This document shows positions 1 to 8,066 of a stretch of DNA of 64,000 bases, one piece after another. The notes under the pieces were generated by a model. The model was given only the letters and a program-made list of their open reading frames with translations. It did not search any database and had not been told where the DNA came from. The position numbers and the translations under genes were made by a program. Position 1 is the first letter of the stretch. Every line of letters begins with the position of its first letter. Origin of the DNA: Candidatus Gottesmanbacteria bacterium UBA6580 (lineage in GTDB: Bacteria > Patescibacteriota > Microgenomatia > UBA10105 > UBA927); NCBI GenBank assembly GCA_002433895.1, contig DJJA01000003.1, positions 575,745 to 639,744 of the forward strand. The letters are read 5' to 3'.

Positions 1-86
1 CTCCCCGGGAGATCACTACGTTTCATAAAAATGTATACAGTCTGTACATCCGCGACAGTAATCTGAGTCCCGACTACAAAGCATCT

Positions 87-1076
87 ATGGAGCAGTTCCT
101 CGAGATGTACGAAACAGCATCTGGTGCTGAAAAAATTGACGGGATTATCGCGGTAGACACGCATGTATTGGTGGAAGTGCTCAAGATACTGGGACCCGAA
201 ACTATCGGGGGACGCGTGTTTTCAGCAGATATCGACAAGCGGTGTGACTGTCCACGTGCTGTGTATGAATTGGAAGACTATTCCACACGACCGGTAAATT
301 ATGTGCGAACGGAACGCAAAGATATTATCGGCACACTGCTACAGCAGTTGATGCAGAAAGCGCTCGGAGTTTCGCCATCTCAATATTGGGGAAAATTATT
401 CCAAATGTTCCTCACGGAAGTGGGAGAAAAACATGTACTGGCATATTTCATGGAACCTAATGCCCAAAAGGCGGCAGAGAGTTTCAATATGGCAGGCCGC
501 ATTATGACCGCATCAGAAACAGCGACGCTTCTTTCATACAAAGAGGGGCAAGGATGGGATTATCTCCACATCAGTAATAGCAACATGGCAGGAGCCAAAT
601 CCAATATGTTTGTAAGTGAAGAAGTCACCAAGGACGTGACGGTAAACGGCGATACGGTGACGACCAAACTCACCGTTGAGTATAAAAATCCATACAAAGG
701 CAGTGATTGCGGTCTGGAAAGCGGCGGGCTGTGTCTGAACGCACCTCTCCGGAATTGGGTACGCGTGTTTGTACCGATGGGGAGTAAGCTCGTCGAGAGC
801 AAGGGGGTGATTTCTCCCACCGATGGCAAAGCGAAACCAATGGATACCTTCACCGACTTGGGTAAAACCTATTTCGAAGGATTTTTGATCGTCAATCCGT
901 TGGGAACCGCGCGTATTGAGCTTACTTATACGTCTCCCGTAACGTCCCCGGACGGTAAATATCGATTACTCATCCAAAAACAACCAGGTACTGACGGACA
1001 GGAGTGGCTTATCCGTCTTGGCGGGAAAGACCGCAAAAAGATGACGCTCGATACCGACATAGAGGTTGTCCTCTAA
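87..1076 (+). CDS. Hypothetical protein, probably the C-terminal part of a larger gene; a DUF4012-like CPR family is possible but unverified
   Basis: 329 aa ORF. The same reading frame stays open from position 3 to the ATG at 87 and there is no SD, so the true start may lie upstream of the window. Confidence 0.4.
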   Translation: MEQFLEMYETASGAEKIDGIIAVDTHVLVEVLKILGPETIGGRVFSADIDKRCDCPRAVYELEDYSTRPVNYVRTERKDIIGTLLQQLMQKALGVSPSQYWGKLFQMFLTEVGEKHVLAYFMEPNAQKAAESFNMAGRIMTASETATLLSYKEGQGWDYLHISNSNMAGAKSNMFVSEEVTKDVTVNGDTVTTKLTVEYKNPYKGSDCGLESGGLCLNAPLRNWVRVFVPMGSKLVESKGVISPTDGKAKPMDTFTDLGKTYFEGFLIVNPLGTARIELTYTSPVTSPDGKYRLLIQKQPGTDGQEWLIRLGGKDRKKMTLDTDIEVVL

Positions 1077-1085
1077 CTATCTTTC

Positions 1086-1658
1086 ATGACTTCCGAACGG
1101 GTATACAAAGCGGAAGGAATAATCCTCAAGCGGAAAAATATCAGCGAAGCTGACCGTATCCTCACTATTTTTACCAAAGAATACGGTAAAATACGCGCAA
1201 TTGCGAAAGGTATCCGGAAAGTTTCGAGCCGCAGAGCTCCTCACCTGGAGGTGTTTACCCGCGTCCGGTTGGTGCTCCACCGCGGGAAAACATTCGAAAA
1301 TATTTCTGAGGTAGAGCCGGTTGCGATATACCAACCCCTTCGTGAGGATTTAACGCGTGTCAGCATGGCCTATTATTTGTGTGAGCTGGTCGATAGTTTG
1401 CTTCCGGAACATCAGGAGCACCGGGACATATTTTTGTTACTATCGGAAGCGCTGTCATCGTTAAGCGCTGAAGATGGGACACGCATATACGAACGCGGTA
1501 AAGCATTTACCCTGGAGACATTGTGGAGCTTAGGATTCTTGCCCCGTACCAAAACGCTCAATGGGGAAAAGCTACAGGCATTTATCGAGACCATTACCGA
1601 ACGAAGGCTCAAAAGTACCCATTTTGCCAAACAACTGATGAACGAGAAGCTCGCTTGA
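1086..1658 (+). CDS. recO: DNA repair protein RecO (short form)
   Basis: N-terminal OB-fold signature 'VYKAEGIILKRKNISEADRILTIFTKEYGKIRAIAKG' is typical of RecO. The 190 aa length fits reduced-genome RecO. Confidence 0.7.
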   Translation: MTSERVYKAEGIILKRKNISEADRILTIFTKEYGKIRAIAKGIRKVSSRRAPHLEVFTRVRLVLHRGKTFENISEVEPVAIYQPLREDLTRVSMAYYLCELVDSLLPEHQEHRDIFLLLSEALSSLSAEDGTRIYERGKAFTLETLWSLGFLPRTKTLNGEKLQAFIETITERRLKSTHFAKQLMNEKLA

Positions 1659-1694
1659 CAGGGGAAAAGTGAAAAAGGTATCCTTAAAGTACGA

Positions 1695-1836
1695 AAGGCG
1701 ATGATCCCGGGTGGCACCGGATGAGCCAAACATAAATGAAGCAGCTCCGCCGTTTTGGCGGGGAAGTAGGGTGGAACCGTCCTGAGGATATGTCAAAGGA
1801 CCCCTATCACAATTGTATTGTGGTGGGGGATTTTTT
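1695..1836 (+). promoter_or_regulatory. Glycine-specific T-box riboswitch leader (transcription attenuator) upstream of glyQS, with an ultrashort Stem I
   Basis: T-box sequence AGGGTGGAACCG at 1768-1779, including the 7 nt bulge UGGAACC (UGGA can pair tRNA-Gly UCCA). Antiterminator helices are GTAGGG/CCCTAT and GTCC/GGAC. The terminator is a 13 bp stem at 1801-1829 followed by T6 at 1831-1836, and it overlaps the 3' strand of the antiterminator. Stem III is CCGCC-GTTTT-GGCGG at 1747-1761. Hairpin CCGG-GTGGCA-CCGG at 1707-1720 carries the glycine codon GGC plus A in its loop, flanked by GATGA/ATGAG K-turn-like motifs. Confidence 0.65.
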
Positions 1837-1951
1837 ATGAGGTAAGGCGAGCGAATGAATTCATATTCATGAGCATACTGCCACATATGGTTTCGCGCGA
1901 AGCGCATATATAAAAAACGAAACCATAAAAGATAATGAGGAGGATCTACAT

Positions 1952-3328
1952 ATGGTTACCTTAGAACAAATAGCGAGTTTGTGTAAGCGGCGTGGGTTTG
2001 TCTATCCCACGAGCGATATTTATGGCGGCCTTACCAGCTCGTATGATTATGGCCCCATGGGAGCTGAGTTGCTCCGGAACATCAGAGCGCTATGGTGGAA
2101 AACATTTATTCATGAGCGCATTGATATGGTTGGCTTGGATTCACAAATATTGCTCCACCCGGAAACATGGGTCGCGAGCGGACACGTGGGCTCCTTCAAT
2201 GACCCGCTGGTAGAAGACAGTGTCACCAATAAACGGTACCGTGCCGACCACCTTATCGAAGCCTGGCTTACCGGTCACCCTGACCCGGCTATCACCGTAG
2301 AAGACATGACCATCGAACAAATGGCGGATTTTATTGAGACGCATGGGATCGCAAGTCCCGAGGGTAACCCGTTGTCGAAGCCGAAAAAGTTTAATTTGCT
2401 CTTTGAAACGAAGCTCGGTGTGGTGGAGGGCGAAAAGTCACTGCTCTATATGCGTGGGGAGACGGCTCAGGGGATATTTACTAATTTCCGGAATATTGTA
2501 GATTCCAGCAGAGTGCAGTTGCCGTTTGGAGTAGGTCAGATCGGTAAATCATTCCGTAATGAAATTACGACCGGGCAGTTTATTTTCCGGACGATTGAGT
2601 TAGAACAAGCGGAAATAGAGTACTTTTTTGACCCCAACGAGACCGACTGGCAAACGCTGCTTGATTCGTGGAAAGATGCGATGTGGAGCTTTGTGACGAC
2701 AAAAATGGGAGTATCTCCGGATCACCTGCAGTGGCGGAGGCATACCGACAAAGAGCGGAGCCACTATAGTAAAGATACTTTTGACCTGGATTATCAGTTT
2801 CCTTTTGGGTGGAAAGAATTATGGGGCATAGCGTACCGCACGGATTACGATCTGCGGGCGCAAGCAGAACATTCAGGCGTGGATTTGAGCTTTACCAATC
2901 CGCAAACCGGCAAAAAGATAATCCCGCACGTGATAGAGCCCGCGGTAGGAATTAACCGGTTATTCCTCATGGTGCTTGCGGACGCCTATACGCAGGAAGA
3001 AAAGCGGATCGTACTCAAACTGTCGCCCGCGTTATCACCGATCAAGGTGGCTGTATTTCCGTTGGTTGCCAATAAGCCAGACCTAGTCACGAAAGCACGA
3101 GCTGTCTATGAAGAGCTGAAAAAAACCCTCGTGGTTTCTTGGGACGACCGCGGCAATATCGGAAAGCGGTATTTGGCACAAGATGAGGTGGGCACCCCGT
3201 GGTGCGTCACCGTTGATTATGCTACCCTAGAAGATGGAACAGTAACTGTCCGTGACCGGGACACAACCCAACAGGAGCGGATAAAGGTTGCTGACCTTAC
3301 TGCCTACTTTCAGGCAAAATTACTATAA
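1952..3328 (+). CDS. glyQS: Glycine--tRNA ligase (class II, alpha2 type)
   Basis: 'CKRRGFVYPTSDIYGGL...YDYGPMGAEL' N-terminus and overall length match dimeric GlyRS. GAGGAGG SD lies 8 nt upstream. Confidence 0.85.
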   Translation: MVTLEQIASLCKRRGFVYPTSDIYGGLTSSYDYGPMGAELLRNIRALWWKTFIHERIDMVGLDSQILLHPETWVASGHVGSFNDPLVEDSVTNKRYRADHLIEAWLTGHPDPAITVEDMTIEQMADFIETHGIASPEGNPLSKPKKFNLLFETKLGVVEGEKSLLYMRGETAQGIFTNFRNIVDSSRVQLPFGVGQIGKSFRNEITTGQFIFRTIELEQAEIEYFFDPNETDWQTLLDSWKDAMWSFVTTKMGVSPDHLQWRRHTDKERSHYSKDTFDLDYQFPFGWKELWGIAYRTDYDLRAQAEHSGVDLSFTNPQTGKKIIPHVIEPAVGINRLFLMVLADAYTQEEKRIVLKLSPALSPIKVAVFPLVANKPDLVTKARAVYEELKKTLVVSWDDRGNIGKRYLAQDEVGTPWCVTVDYATLEDGTVTVRDRDTTQQERIKVADLTAYFQAKLL

Positions 3329-3340
3329 GGAGGTATACGT

Positions 3341-3820
3341 ATGAATGTACTCATGAAACACAAAATGAAATTACTGTACGGCGGGCTCGTGGTTTTGTTG
3401 CTCATCACGGGGATTATCGTGTACCGGGCAGTAGCTCCGGCTCCTGATCCAGTACCGGTAGAGGAAGAAGAGATAACCGAATTACTTCCAGAGGCGGATC
3501 CGTCGCTTGTGGTGGCGGCTGCTTTTTCGAAGACGAAAGACAATACGGTTGTTTTGAGTGTTGCTAATCTTGCGTCCAAGTACACCACGGTTGGTTATGA
3601 GCTTACCTACGACAGTCAGGGACTGATAAAAGGCGTGAATTCAGGGAGCAAGCCTGTTGAAGTAGCGGGTCAGGATGAATTTGAGCGAGAAGTGTATTTG
3701 GGAACATGTTCCCGAAATGTCTGTAAGCCGGATTTAGGGGTGAGTAAGGTCTCGATAGTGCTTGAATTTACTGACACTACCGGCAAAAAGAGCCAGTTTA
3801 GCAAAGAATTCGATCTTTAA
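3341..3820 (+). CDS. Hypothetical signal-anchored, Pro/Glu-rich small protein
   Basis: N-terminal TM segment 'LLYGGLVVLLLITGIIVY'. AAGGAGG SD. Confidence 0.5.
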   Translation: MNVLMKHKMKLLYGGLVVLLLITGIIVYRAVAPAPDPVPVEEEEITELLPEADPSLVVAAAFSKTKDNTVVLSVANLASKYTTVGYELTYDSQGLIKGVNSGSKPVEVAGQDEFEREVYLGTCSRNVCKPDLGVSKVSIVLEFTDTTGKKSQFSKEFDL

Positions 3821-4438
3821 TCACCGCGGCAAGCCAACGCTATTCATAATATGCGCTTCAGCGCCGTGTGCAGATGAATACCGCGCGATACTCAGTGATG
3901 TATTGGTAAACCCATATTCATTAACCTGTTCAAGCGGGATATCGAGAAAAACGGCAAAGAAATTCCTGATAAACGATCCGTGGGTAACAATGGCAATGTG
4001 TTTGCCTTCACAGTGCGTGAGCAGGTACCTGATGACCCTTTTTGACCGCGCCGAGACATCGTTAAGACTTTCTCCGTCAGGCGGACGGAACCGGGGATAT
4101 TGCCACATGCGGCCGAGCACTATTTGCGGGTACATGGCGCTTGCTGCTTCATACGATTTTCCTTCAAGAATGCCAAAATTCCGCTCGTGAAGCCCGGTCA
4201 ATTTCTTTAGCGGCGTATTGGCGTGATACCGCTGTATGGCTTGCGCTGTTTGGACGGCGCGTTTAAGCGGAGAAGTGACTACAAGGTCGAGATGGGTTGT
4301 TTTGAGGTAACGAGCAACATTGTCCGCCTGTTGCTTCCCGGCATCGTTAAGCGGGATATCGGAAATTCCCATTAATCGGCCATTTTTGTTCCAGTCTGTT
4401 TGTCCGTGCCGGACAACAAAAAAAGTCGTTGTGCTCAT
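3821..4438 (-). CDS. Histidine phosphatase family protein (phosphoglycerate mutase-like)
   Basis: The 'VVRHGQTDWN' RHG catalytic motif is near the N-terminus. Confidence 0.7.
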   Translation of the reverse strand: MSTTTFFVVRHGQTDWNKNGRLMGISDIPLNDAGKQQADNVARYLKTTHLDLVVTSPLKRAVQTAQAIQRYHANTPLKKLTGLHERNFGILEGKSYEAASAMYPQIVLGRMWQYPRFRPPDGESLNDVSARSKRVIRYLLTHCEGKHIAIVTHGSFIRNFFAVFLDIPLEQVNEYGFTNTSLSIARYSSAHGAEAHIMNSVGLPR

Positions 4439-4495
4439 AAACGTATTATACCTCGGCTACTGCTCTCGTATGGGAAAAATACTGTGAAATGCTAC

Positions 4496-4548
4496 TTGAC
4501 ATAGCGTGAAAAATGGGTAACTATGGATATTAGTGGGAAGAAGTGGTA
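4496..4548 (+). promoter_or_regulatory. dcw promoter region with a tandem array of TGGNN direct repeats (MraZ-box-like)
   Basis: -35 TTGACA at 4496-4501 and a -10-like TAACTAT about 16-17 bp downstream. Four repeats (TGGGT, TGGAT, TGGGA, TGGTA) start at 4514, 4524, 4534 and 4544, giving exact 10 bp phasing. Confidence 0.55.
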
Positions 4549-4558
4549 GATTTAAGGC

Positions 4559-4960
4559 ATGAATTTGTTTTTAGGGGAATATGACCATAGTTTAGACGAT
4601 CGGGCCAGAGTAACGCTCCCACGCAAGATCAGGTCAGAGATAGTGGGCGAGGAAATAGTACTTGCCAGGGGATATGAGGGATGTATTTTCGGATTTGATA
4701 AAGAGAGTTGGGAGAAAGAAGCGGGAAAGCACCTTGACACACCGGTAACTGATGAAAAAGGACGCCAGGTTCGCCGTTACTTGTTTGCGGGGGCACAGAA
4801 AGTGGAAATAGACAAACTAGGCCGCATTTTATTGCCAATCCAGCTCAAAGCACACGGCGCTATCGTCCGCGAAGTAAAAATCATTGGTGCCGGGGACCAT
4901 TTTGAGATATGGGATACCTCAAAATGGAATCAGTACGCTGCCAAGCTCGATACGGTATGA
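4559..4960 (+). CDS. mraZ: Transcriptional regulator MraZ
   Basis: 'FLGEYDHSLDDRARVTLP' and the duplicated DXXXR half-domains. First gene of the dcw cluster. Confidence 0.85.
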   Translation: MNLFLGEYDHSLDDRARVTLPRKIRSEIVGEEIVLARGYEGCIFGFDKESWEKEAGKHLDTPVTDEKGRQVRRYLFAGAQKVEIDKLGRILLPIQLKAHGAIVREVKIIGAGDHFEIWDTSKWNQYAAKLDTV

Positions 4961-5832
4961 GTGACACCCATGTATCCGTTTTACGGCAGGAGGCAATAGC
5001 CGCACTTGAAGTAGTGCCGGGGAAGAAATACATCGATGCGACAACAGGAGCTGGTGGACACAGCTTGGCGATTGTAAAAAAAGGAGGCGTACTGCTGGGT
5101 ATAGATCAGGACAAAGAAGCGCTGAGGATAGCGACACGCCGATTAGAACAAGAGCAGCTGAAGCCGGAAAACTGGACATTTACACAGGGAAATTTCCGCA
5201 ACATAGAAACGTTGGCGAATGCGCATGGTTTCAATTTGGTGAGCGGAATATTGTTTGATTTAGGTGTATCGAGTATGCAGTTAGATACACCGGAGCGGGG
5301 ATTTAGTTACAGGTTTACCGATGCTCCTCTGGATTTACGTATGGATACGTCCACTGGAGACACTGCTGCCCAATTGGTAAACCGGGTAACAGCTGAGGAA
5401 CTCTATGACATTTTTAGCTCGTATGGCGAAGAACAGCTGGCTCGGAAACTTGCTGATGCTGTTTACCGCGCCCGTTCGGTAAAACGGATAGTCACGGTCG
5501 GAGACCTCGTTGAAGTGGTGGCATCGGTGGTACCGGGTGAAAGCATGCGGTATGGGGTATTATCGAGAATTTTTCAGGGGTTACGAATTGCGGTCAACGA
5601 TGAATTATCGAGTTTAAAGCTGGGGTTAGAAGGGGCAAAACGGCTATTAGTACCAGGGGGTGTGTTGGCAGTCATCAGTTTTCATTCACTGGAAGATAGG
5701 ATAGTGAAGCAGTTTATGAGACAGGCTGGCTCGCAGGTCATAACAAAACATCCGATCCGGCCTGGAGAGCAGGAACAGGAAGTAAATAGACGTTCACGAA
5801 GCGCAAAATTACGGGTAGCCAAAAAACTATAA
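4957..5832 (+). CDS. rsmH: 16S rRNA (cytosine1402-N4)-methyltransferase RsmH
   Basis: 'HVSVLRQEAIAAL...YIDATTGAGGHS' SAM motif. The start ATG at 4957 overlaps the mraZ stop (ATGA). Confidence 0.85.
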   Translation: MSDTHVSVLRQEAIAALEVVPGKKYIDATTGAGGHSLAIVKKGGVLLGIDQDKEALRIATRRLEQEQLKPENWTFTQGNFRNIETLANAHGFNLVSGILFDLGVSSMQLDTPERGFSYRFTDAPLDLRMDTSTGDTAAQLVNRVTAEELYDIFSSYGEEQLARKLADAVYRARSVKRIVTVGDLVEVVASVVPGESMRYGVLSRIFQGLRIAVNDELSSLKLGLEGAKRLLVPGGVLAVISFHSLEDRIVKQFMRQAGSQVITKHPIRPGEQEQEVNRRSRSAKLRVAKKL

Positions 5833-5834
5833 CT

Positions 5835-6128
5835 ATGAAAAACATCGGTAAAATTATCGGCATCATGCTCCCCATTGCCGCATTGGTTATGATAGTTTTA
5901 CAGGTAGTAGTATCAAACGAATTGGCCGGATTAGGAAAACGGCTAGGAGAATTAGACCGGGAAGTCCGGATACAAGCTGACATAAATGAGGCGCTCAAAA
6001 CTGAGGTGGCTTCAGCTTCATCACTATTAACACTCAGGGAACGCGCAGAAAGCCTTGGCTTTGTGGAGCCTACGTCAAAACAGATTATGAACTTGACGCT
6101 CGAAGTGCCGGTGGCATTAGGGTTATAA
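5835..6128 (+). CDS. ftsL: Cell division protein FtsL-like (single TM plus coiled coil)
   Basis: 97 aa with an N-terminal TM helix and a coiled-coil region. It sits between rsmH and ftsI as in canonical dcw clusters. Confidence 0.5.
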   Translation: MKNIGKIIGIMLPIAALVMIVLQVVVSNELAGLGKRLGELDREVRIQADINEALKTEVASASSLLTLRERAESLGFVEPTSKQIMNLTLEVPVALGL

Positions 6129-6193
6129 AATCCTTCGTTTGGCTTACTGGCTGTGCCTCGAAGCAATGCCACGGAGTGTGTTAGGATACATTC

Positions 6194-7876
6194 ATGACCC
6201 CCTCTTGGCGCGCCTCTTTTCTTTTTACCGCTCTTGTTCTCGGGTTTTCCATGCTGATTCTGCGGCTTGTCTATTGGCAGATTATTTCTGCAGACCGCCT
6301 TGGCAAAGCCGCGGCGGGCCAGCATTTTGTCGAGCTTACCGTGCCTGCTTCCCGTGGTGAGCTTATGGACAGGGGAGGGAACCCGATTGTGGTTAATCAA
6401 CCGGCTTTTTTGGTCTATGGCGAACCAAGGAATATAAAAAACGTAACGGAGTTTTCAAAGATTGTCGCTGACGCGCTTTTGTTGGATAAAGACGAACTTG
6501 TGAACAAACTTTCACAACCAAATTTGGTATGGGTGCCGCTCGCCCATAAGGTAGAACTTCCTCAGGTACAGGCACTCCGCGCGTTGGATATTGCGGGGCT
6601 GGGGTTTGAGAAAGAGCCAAAGCGGTTTTATCCCGAGGCATCCATGGCTGCACATTTATTGGGGTTTGTGGGTTCCGATGTAAACGGCGCTGACGTCGGA
6701 TATTTTGGATTAGAGGGTTATTATGACCGCCAATTACGCGGTGTTGACGGAAGTATGCGGCTCGAAAAAGATGCACACGGAGCCCCTATCCTTATAGGAT
6801 CGGAAGAACGCTTACCTCCTGAAGACGGGCGGACACTAACGCTTCACATAGATAAAGCAGCACAGCAACTTGTTGAGCGCAGGTTAAAGGAAGGAATAAC
6901 ACGTTATGGGGCGAAAGAAGGCTCCGTAGTGGTCATGGACCCCCAAACGGGGGGAATTCTTGCTATGGCATCGTTTCCTAATTACGATCCGAGAAATTAC
7001 GCACAATTTGATAAGTCGTTGTACAAAAATCCAATAGTCGGTAGCTCATACGAGCCGGGAAGTACGTTTAAGGCGCTTATTATGGCTGCCGCTATTAATG
7101 AAAAATTGATAACACCCGATACTACAATGGACGAGACAGGGCCGGTGCAGATCGGTCCGTATATGATCAGGACGTGGAATAACGAATATAACGGCAAAAT
7201 ATCAATGACCGAAGTGTTGGAGCACTCATCCAATGTCGGTATGGTGTTTGTGGCACAAAAATTAGGCCGGGAAAAACTCCTTGCGGCCATCCGGAAATTC
7301 GGATTTGGAAAGCTTACGAATATTGATCTTGAAGACGAAGCGTCTCCCGAGCTCCGTCCGGATAAAGATTGGGCAGTCGTGGATGAGTATACGGCCTCGT
7401 TCGGTCAGGGTATCGCCGTCACCCCGATTCAGATGGTCCGCGCATTAGGGGCGCTCGCTAACGGGGGCAAAATGATGGAGCCGCACGTGGTAAAAGAAAT
7501 AAAAGACGCAAAAGGCAAAGTGACCACCGTGCAACCGAAAGTAGTGAACCAGGTGGTGAGTGCGGAAACTGCCCGTATTGTTACGGAAATGATGGTAGCA
7601 GCCGTGGATAATGGTGAGGCGAAATGGGCAAAACCAAAGGGATACCGGGTGGCAGGCAAGACTGGTACCGCGCAAATTCCTGTAGCAGGCCATTACGACG
7701 CCACAAAAACCATCGCATCATTTGTCGGTTTTGCTCCGGCAGATAAGCCCCGGTTCGTCATGCTCGTGACACTCCGGGAACCTACCTCTTCACCGTGGGG
7801 CTCCGAAACCGCCGCGCCACTGTTTTTTATTATCGCCCGGGATCTTTTTACCTATTGGGGTATTCCACCTCAGTAA
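6194..7876 (+). CDS. ftsI: Peptidoglycan D,D-transpeptidase FtsI / class B PBP
   Basis: N-terminal TM anchor, plus STFK (SXXK), SSN and KTGT active-site motifs. Confidence 0.85.
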   Translation: MTPSWRASFLFTALVLGFSMLILRLVYWQIISADRLGKAAAGQHFVELTVPASRGELMDRGGNPIVVNQPAFLVYGEPRNIKNVTEFSKIVADALLLDKDELVNKLSQPNLVWVPLAHKVELPQVQALRALDIAGLGFEKEPKRFYPEASMAAHLLGFVGSDVNGADVGYFGLEGYYDRQLRGVDGSMRLEKDAHGAPILIGSEERLPPEDGRTLTLHIDKAAQQLVERRLKEGITRYGAKEGSVVVMDPQTGGILAMASFPNYDPRNYAQFDKSLYKNPIVGSSYEPGSTFKALIMAAAINEKLITPDTTMDETGPVQIGPYMIRTWNNEYNGKISMTEVLEHSSNVGMVFVAQKLGREKLLAAIRKFGFGKLTNIDLEDEASPELRPDKDWAVVDEYTASFGQGIAVTPIQMVRALGALANGGKMMEPHVVKEIKDAKGKVTTVQPKVVNQVVSAETARIVTEMMVAAVDNGEAKWAKPKGYRVAGKTGTAQIPVAGHYDATKTIASFVGFAPADKPRFVMLVTLREPTSSPWGSETAAPLFFIIARDLFTYWGIPPQ

Positions 7877-7882
7877 CATAGA

Positions 7883-7917
7883 GCGCTGACCACTTTGGGA
7901 CAAAACCTACGGTTTTT
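7883..7917. repeat. 35 bp perfect direct repeat, copy 1 (GCGCTGACCACTTTGGGACAAAACCTACGGTTTTT)
   Basis: Identical 35-mer recurs at 7968-8002 with an 85 bp period. It lies in the ftsI-murE intergenic region and ends in a T-run. Confidence 0.8.
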
Positions 7918-7967
7918 TCCCAACGATTTTCCCTTCAAAGGAAGGATAATAGACCGGGCTTTCTCAG

Positions 7968-8002
7968 GCGCTGACCACTTTGGGACAAAACCTACGGTTT
8001 TT
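7968..8002. repeat. 35 bp perfect direct repeat, copy 2
   Basis: Exact match to 7883-7917. It sits just upstream of a TTGCTC-N18-TATAAT promoter (8031-8060) that abuts the murE ATG. Confidence 0.8.
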
Positions 8003-8066
8003 CGGATATTTCTTTCCGGGGCATGTCACTTTGCTCTTGTTAGCGTATTTTAGTTATAATAGACGC

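Noticed and set aside
24-50. Imperfect palindrome ATGTATACAGTCTGTACAT near the window start as a possible operator or LexA-like box
   Set aside because: It does not match the known SOS-box consensus. It lies inside an open reading frame that continues to the window edge, so it is not clearly intergenic.
1801-1836. Hairpin plus T-run read simply as the recO intrinsic terminator
   Set aside because: It functions as a terminator, but its 5' strand is the 3' strand of a canonical T-box antiterminator with a UGGA bulge. It is therefore better explained as the attenuator of the glyQS T-box than as a plain terminator.
5738-6400. 220 aa minus-strand ORF spanning the ftsL/ftsI junction
   Set aside because: Antisense to the conserved dcw genes. 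No RBS and no motif.
7883-8002. Possibility that the 35 bp direct repeats are a CRISPR array
   Set aside because: There are only two copies, the spacer is 50 bp, and no further repeats or cas genes are present. The spacing is not CRISPR-like.
7980-8066. TTG start at 7980 for murE given by the ORF track
   Set aside because: That start lies inside the second direct repeat and upstream of a strong promoter at 8031-8060. ATG 8067 was preferred.
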